The position numbers and the translations under genes were made by a program. A stretch of DNA of 63,828 nt, the filler included, from Octopus bimaculoides (Eukaryota): the NCBI RefSeq assembly GCF_001194135.2. It is 5 parts of 5 records of this genome, joined end to end, with 100 filler letters (N's around TTAATTAATTAA, not from the genome) between each part and the next. Parts side by side here need not be neighbours in the genome. Positions count along the whole stretch, not along the records: positions 58,790 to 61,606 come from NW_026430825.1; positions 61,707 to 63,828 come from NW_026323570.1; 3 more parts are not named here. One strand, given 5' to 3'. Numbering within the stretch: position 1 is the stretch's first letter; each line of letters begins with the position of its first letter. Positions 60,572 to 63,828 of the stretch are shown piece after piece. The notes under the pieces are model-generated. The model was given only the letters and a program-made list of their open reading frames with translations. It had not been told where the DNA came from and ran no database searches.

Positions 60572-63127
60572 AGAAGGGAAAGCATGTACATAGATATATA
60601 TATAGAGGGAGATATACATACGTAGCTTATCCTGTTTAGGCTGTATCATTAACATTTATCGTAATATATATATATACACATATATAGAAAGAGTGGAGTG
60701 GAATTGAAGGGTCTGCTCTGAACACAGCAATGCTGAGTGTTGAATAGAGGTACAAATATCTGGTCCTGGTGACAAAGATCCTTCATACATGTGTGTGTGT
60801 GTGTATATATTTGAAGGGTTGCTTATGAACAAGAAACCAATCAGAAATAAAGGCCTTGTGCCAGGAATAAATATTGTCAAAATGATTCATGGCCGATTGT
60901 TTCGGAACTCATAGAAGCAATGCATTTGGCTGCCTGTTATAAATTATATAGGATAGAATCCTCTCTCTCTCTCGTTTGTTCATGTCAAGATGTTCCGACA
61001 AAAAGTAAAATTCATTGAAAAGCAACAATGAATAAAATAAACAACTGCTTGCCTGTAAGTTTCAATTTAAATCTCAGACTAAGTAAATTATGCTAGCCAC
61101 GAACTACGGAGACAAGGAACAGAACATCCTCCATCCAGTGAGATACGAACACCACTTTATATACACAGAAGAAAAGTACAAGTTGCTAATAGTTACTTGC
61201 AGTGGAAAACACAGGTTTGTAGAACAGAGGTCTTCAAGCTCTAAACCAGGACACTGATTTGAATAAAAGAGACCATGTGCTCTGAGCCTAAAAGATTGGT
61301 TTAAGACACAAGACGTGTTATAAACTCCTGGCAAGAAAATCTGGGTAACCCAGTGTTTATAAAGGAAGGTTAGTATCATTAATTAATTATACAGGTAAAG
61401 GATGTCTTGAAATTATCTAAGGAAATGAAAGGGAACAGAATATTTACATTATTGCATCAAAGAATTTTTCCCCCAGCCCTTAAGCTTTCTATCTCTGTTC
61501 TACAAGCGACAAGAATTTTCAAAGCTCCGCAGCAAAGGGAGGCCACTAGGCAGCTTTGAATAGAGGAGTTTGCTGCTATTGGGAAGAAAAGAGGGATCTG
61601 ATAACTNNNNNNNNNNNNNNNNNNNNNNNNNNNNNNNNNNNNNNNNNNNNTTAATTAATTAANNNNNNNNNNNNNNNNNNNNNNNNNNNNNNNNNNNNNN
61701 NNNNNNCAGGCGGTAGACATTCTATTATGTCTATTTATTTTAAAACAAGGAAGTATTATAAGAATACATACACATGCAAAGACTGCGTGCTACACACATA
61801 TGTACTAGTAATGCATAAAAGAGTAAAATGTTAATAGATCACTTCCTTACGGCCGTTTCTGCCAAGAGGCCACAATATCCCCTATGCTGCCTTCACCTTT
61901 CCAGTTTTCTGTAGGGATGGGCAGATAGAGTTTGGATGTTGAGTGTACCTCTAGGCTTCATCTGAGGGACTAAATGGTTAGGAGAGCCGATACATACAAG
62001 AGTCAGTTACGAATAGGTACGGTATAATTTTCTTATTGAAGAGGCCATAAGATGAATAGGAGCAAAGTTAGAGTGTGAGAGTAGTAAAATTTAGTAAAAT
62101 GGATTAGGTAGAGGAAAGGGAAATAAGTCATAGACTTCAAGTGTTGCCTTGAACTCGAGATACATCTCGGCGTCGCCTCCGATATATGGAAAACTAAATA
62201 AAACATTCACTGATGCTGCGAATAACCGCCCGGTTGAATAAAAATTCATTATGCGCATGCGTAGCCCGAGCATATGTTCGTGACGCGAGCTTCTTATCAC
62301 ACAGTCACGCCTTAAAGTCTTGTCCTTTATTACTTTCTGTCATTAGACTGCGGCCATGCTGGGGCAGTACCTTGAAGAATTTTAGTCAAGCAAACTAACC
62401 CCAGTCATTATTCTATTTATTTAAGCCTGGTGCTTATTCTATCGGATTCTTTTGCTGAACCGCCAGCTTAAGTGAACGTAAACACACCAACACCGATTGT
62501 AGTGGTGTGGTGACAAACACACACACACACACACGTATACACACATACANNNNNNNNNNNNNNNNNNNNNNNNNNNNNNNNNNNNNNNNNNNNNNNNNNN
62601 NNNNNNNNNNNNNNNNNNNNNNNNNNNNNNNNNNNNNNNNNNNNNNNNNNNNNNNNNNNNNNNNNNNNNNNNNNNNNNNNNNNNNNNNNNNNNNNNNNNN
62701 NNNNNNNNNNNNNNNNNNNNNNNNNNNNNNNNNNNNNNNNNNNNNNNNNNNNNNNNNNNNNNNNNNNNNNNNNNNNNNNNNNNNNNNNNNNNNNNNNNNN
62801 NNNNNNNNNNNNNNNNNNNNNNNNNNNNNNNNNNNNNNNNNNNNNNNNNNNNNNNNNNNNNNNNNNNNNNNNNNNNNNNNNNNNNNNNNNNNNNNNNNNN
62901 NNNNNNNNNNNNNNNNNNNNNNNNNNNNNNNNNNNNNNNNNNNNNNNNNNNNNNNNNNNNNNNNNNNNNNNNNNNNNNNNNNNNNNNNNNNNNNNNNNNN
63001 NNNNNNNNNNNNNNNNNNNNNNNNNNNNNNNNNNNNNNNNNNNNNNNNNNNNNNNNNNNNNNNNNNNNNNNNNNNNNNNNNNNNNNNNNNNNNNNNNNNN
63101 NNNNNNNNNNNNNNNNNNNNNNNNNNN

Positions 63128-63160
<33 letters not shown>

Positions 63161-63556
63161 CGGGCTTCATTCAGTTTCCGTCTGCCATATTCACTCTCAA
63201 GACTTTGTGCAGCCTGTGGTTATGGTAGAAGACATCAGCCCAAAATGCCAAGCAGTGGGACTGAACCCGGGACCACGTGGTTGGGAAGCAAGTTTTGAGC
63301 GACCCAGACACACCAGCTTTCCTACCCCCGTTTTCCTCGTAAGACTTGAGCTGCCTCGAGATTATAGGAAAAGATTCTAGCCGAATATGTTACGCCCTGC
63401 GATCGAACCTGAGACCTTGTTGTCTTGAAGTGCACTTCCTAAGGACTCGACCATTGCTATAAGAAAGAATGATAAATAGGCAAACTGAATTGGAGAGGAT
63501 GGCTGTGTGTGTTCGTGTGTATGCACCACACACACATATACGGATATACATGTGAT

Positions 63557-63598
<42 letters not shown>

Positions 63599-63759
63599 TA
63601 TATATATACAGAGAGAAAGAGAAACAGCGAGAGGAAGAGAGAGTGAAAGGAGAGAGAGAGATTTCGGTTGATAAAGACAGATAGACAAATAGATAGATCC
63701 ATAAACAGAGACACACATCACACATTCCTCTGTGTGTGTATGTGTGTGTGCGTGTATGC

Positions 63760-63797
<38 letters not shown>

Positions 63798-63828
63798 ATG
63801 TGTGTGTGTGTGTGTATGCATATATATA

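Noticed and set aside
61090-61257. 55-aa plus-strand ORF examined as the DHX36 terminal exon
   Set aside because: No similarity to ELRKELD..EKI, and it lies beyond an artificial join.

Overview
Repeat-rich, gappy eukaryotic genomic window, almost certainly from a coleoid cephalopod and most likely Octopus. This is inferred from the tRNA-derived SINE families and the dense AT/GT/ATT/GTAT microsatellites. Two conserved spliced genes sit head-to-head. TADA2A (SAGA/ATAC adaptor; ZZ + SANT + Ada2 core) is on the minus strand, with 10 coding exons traced from 36166 down to 29926. DHX36 (G-quadruplex resolvase RHAU, a DEAH-box helicase) is on the plus strand, with 25 coding exons traced from 39665 to 57924. 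One DHX36 exon (motif IV-V) is absent and probably lies in the N gap at 50477-50831. The 3' ends of both genes stop just inside artificial 100-nt scaffold joins (44 N + TTAATTAATTAA + 44 N). In 1-29.5 kb I found no recognisable host exon. That part holds decayed transposons (Chapaev-like, mariner with TIRs, Tc1-like, R4/Dong-type RLE LINEs, a CR1/L2-group LINE, a Penelope-like element), SINEs and microsatellites. I see no CRISPR array and no clearly novel gene system. The most interesting observations are: (i) a LINE 3' end that matches the tail of the commonest long SINE, including a covarying stem-loop, suggesting a partner LINE-SINE pair; (ii) a (TTAGGG)5 tract inside the G4-resolvase gene; (iii) a duplicated RGG-type cassette exon in DHX36; (iv) inverted SINE pairs in introns; (v) a GC-AG intron; (vi) a higher-order minisatellite. 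All exon boundaries and similarities were read by eye, without database searches.
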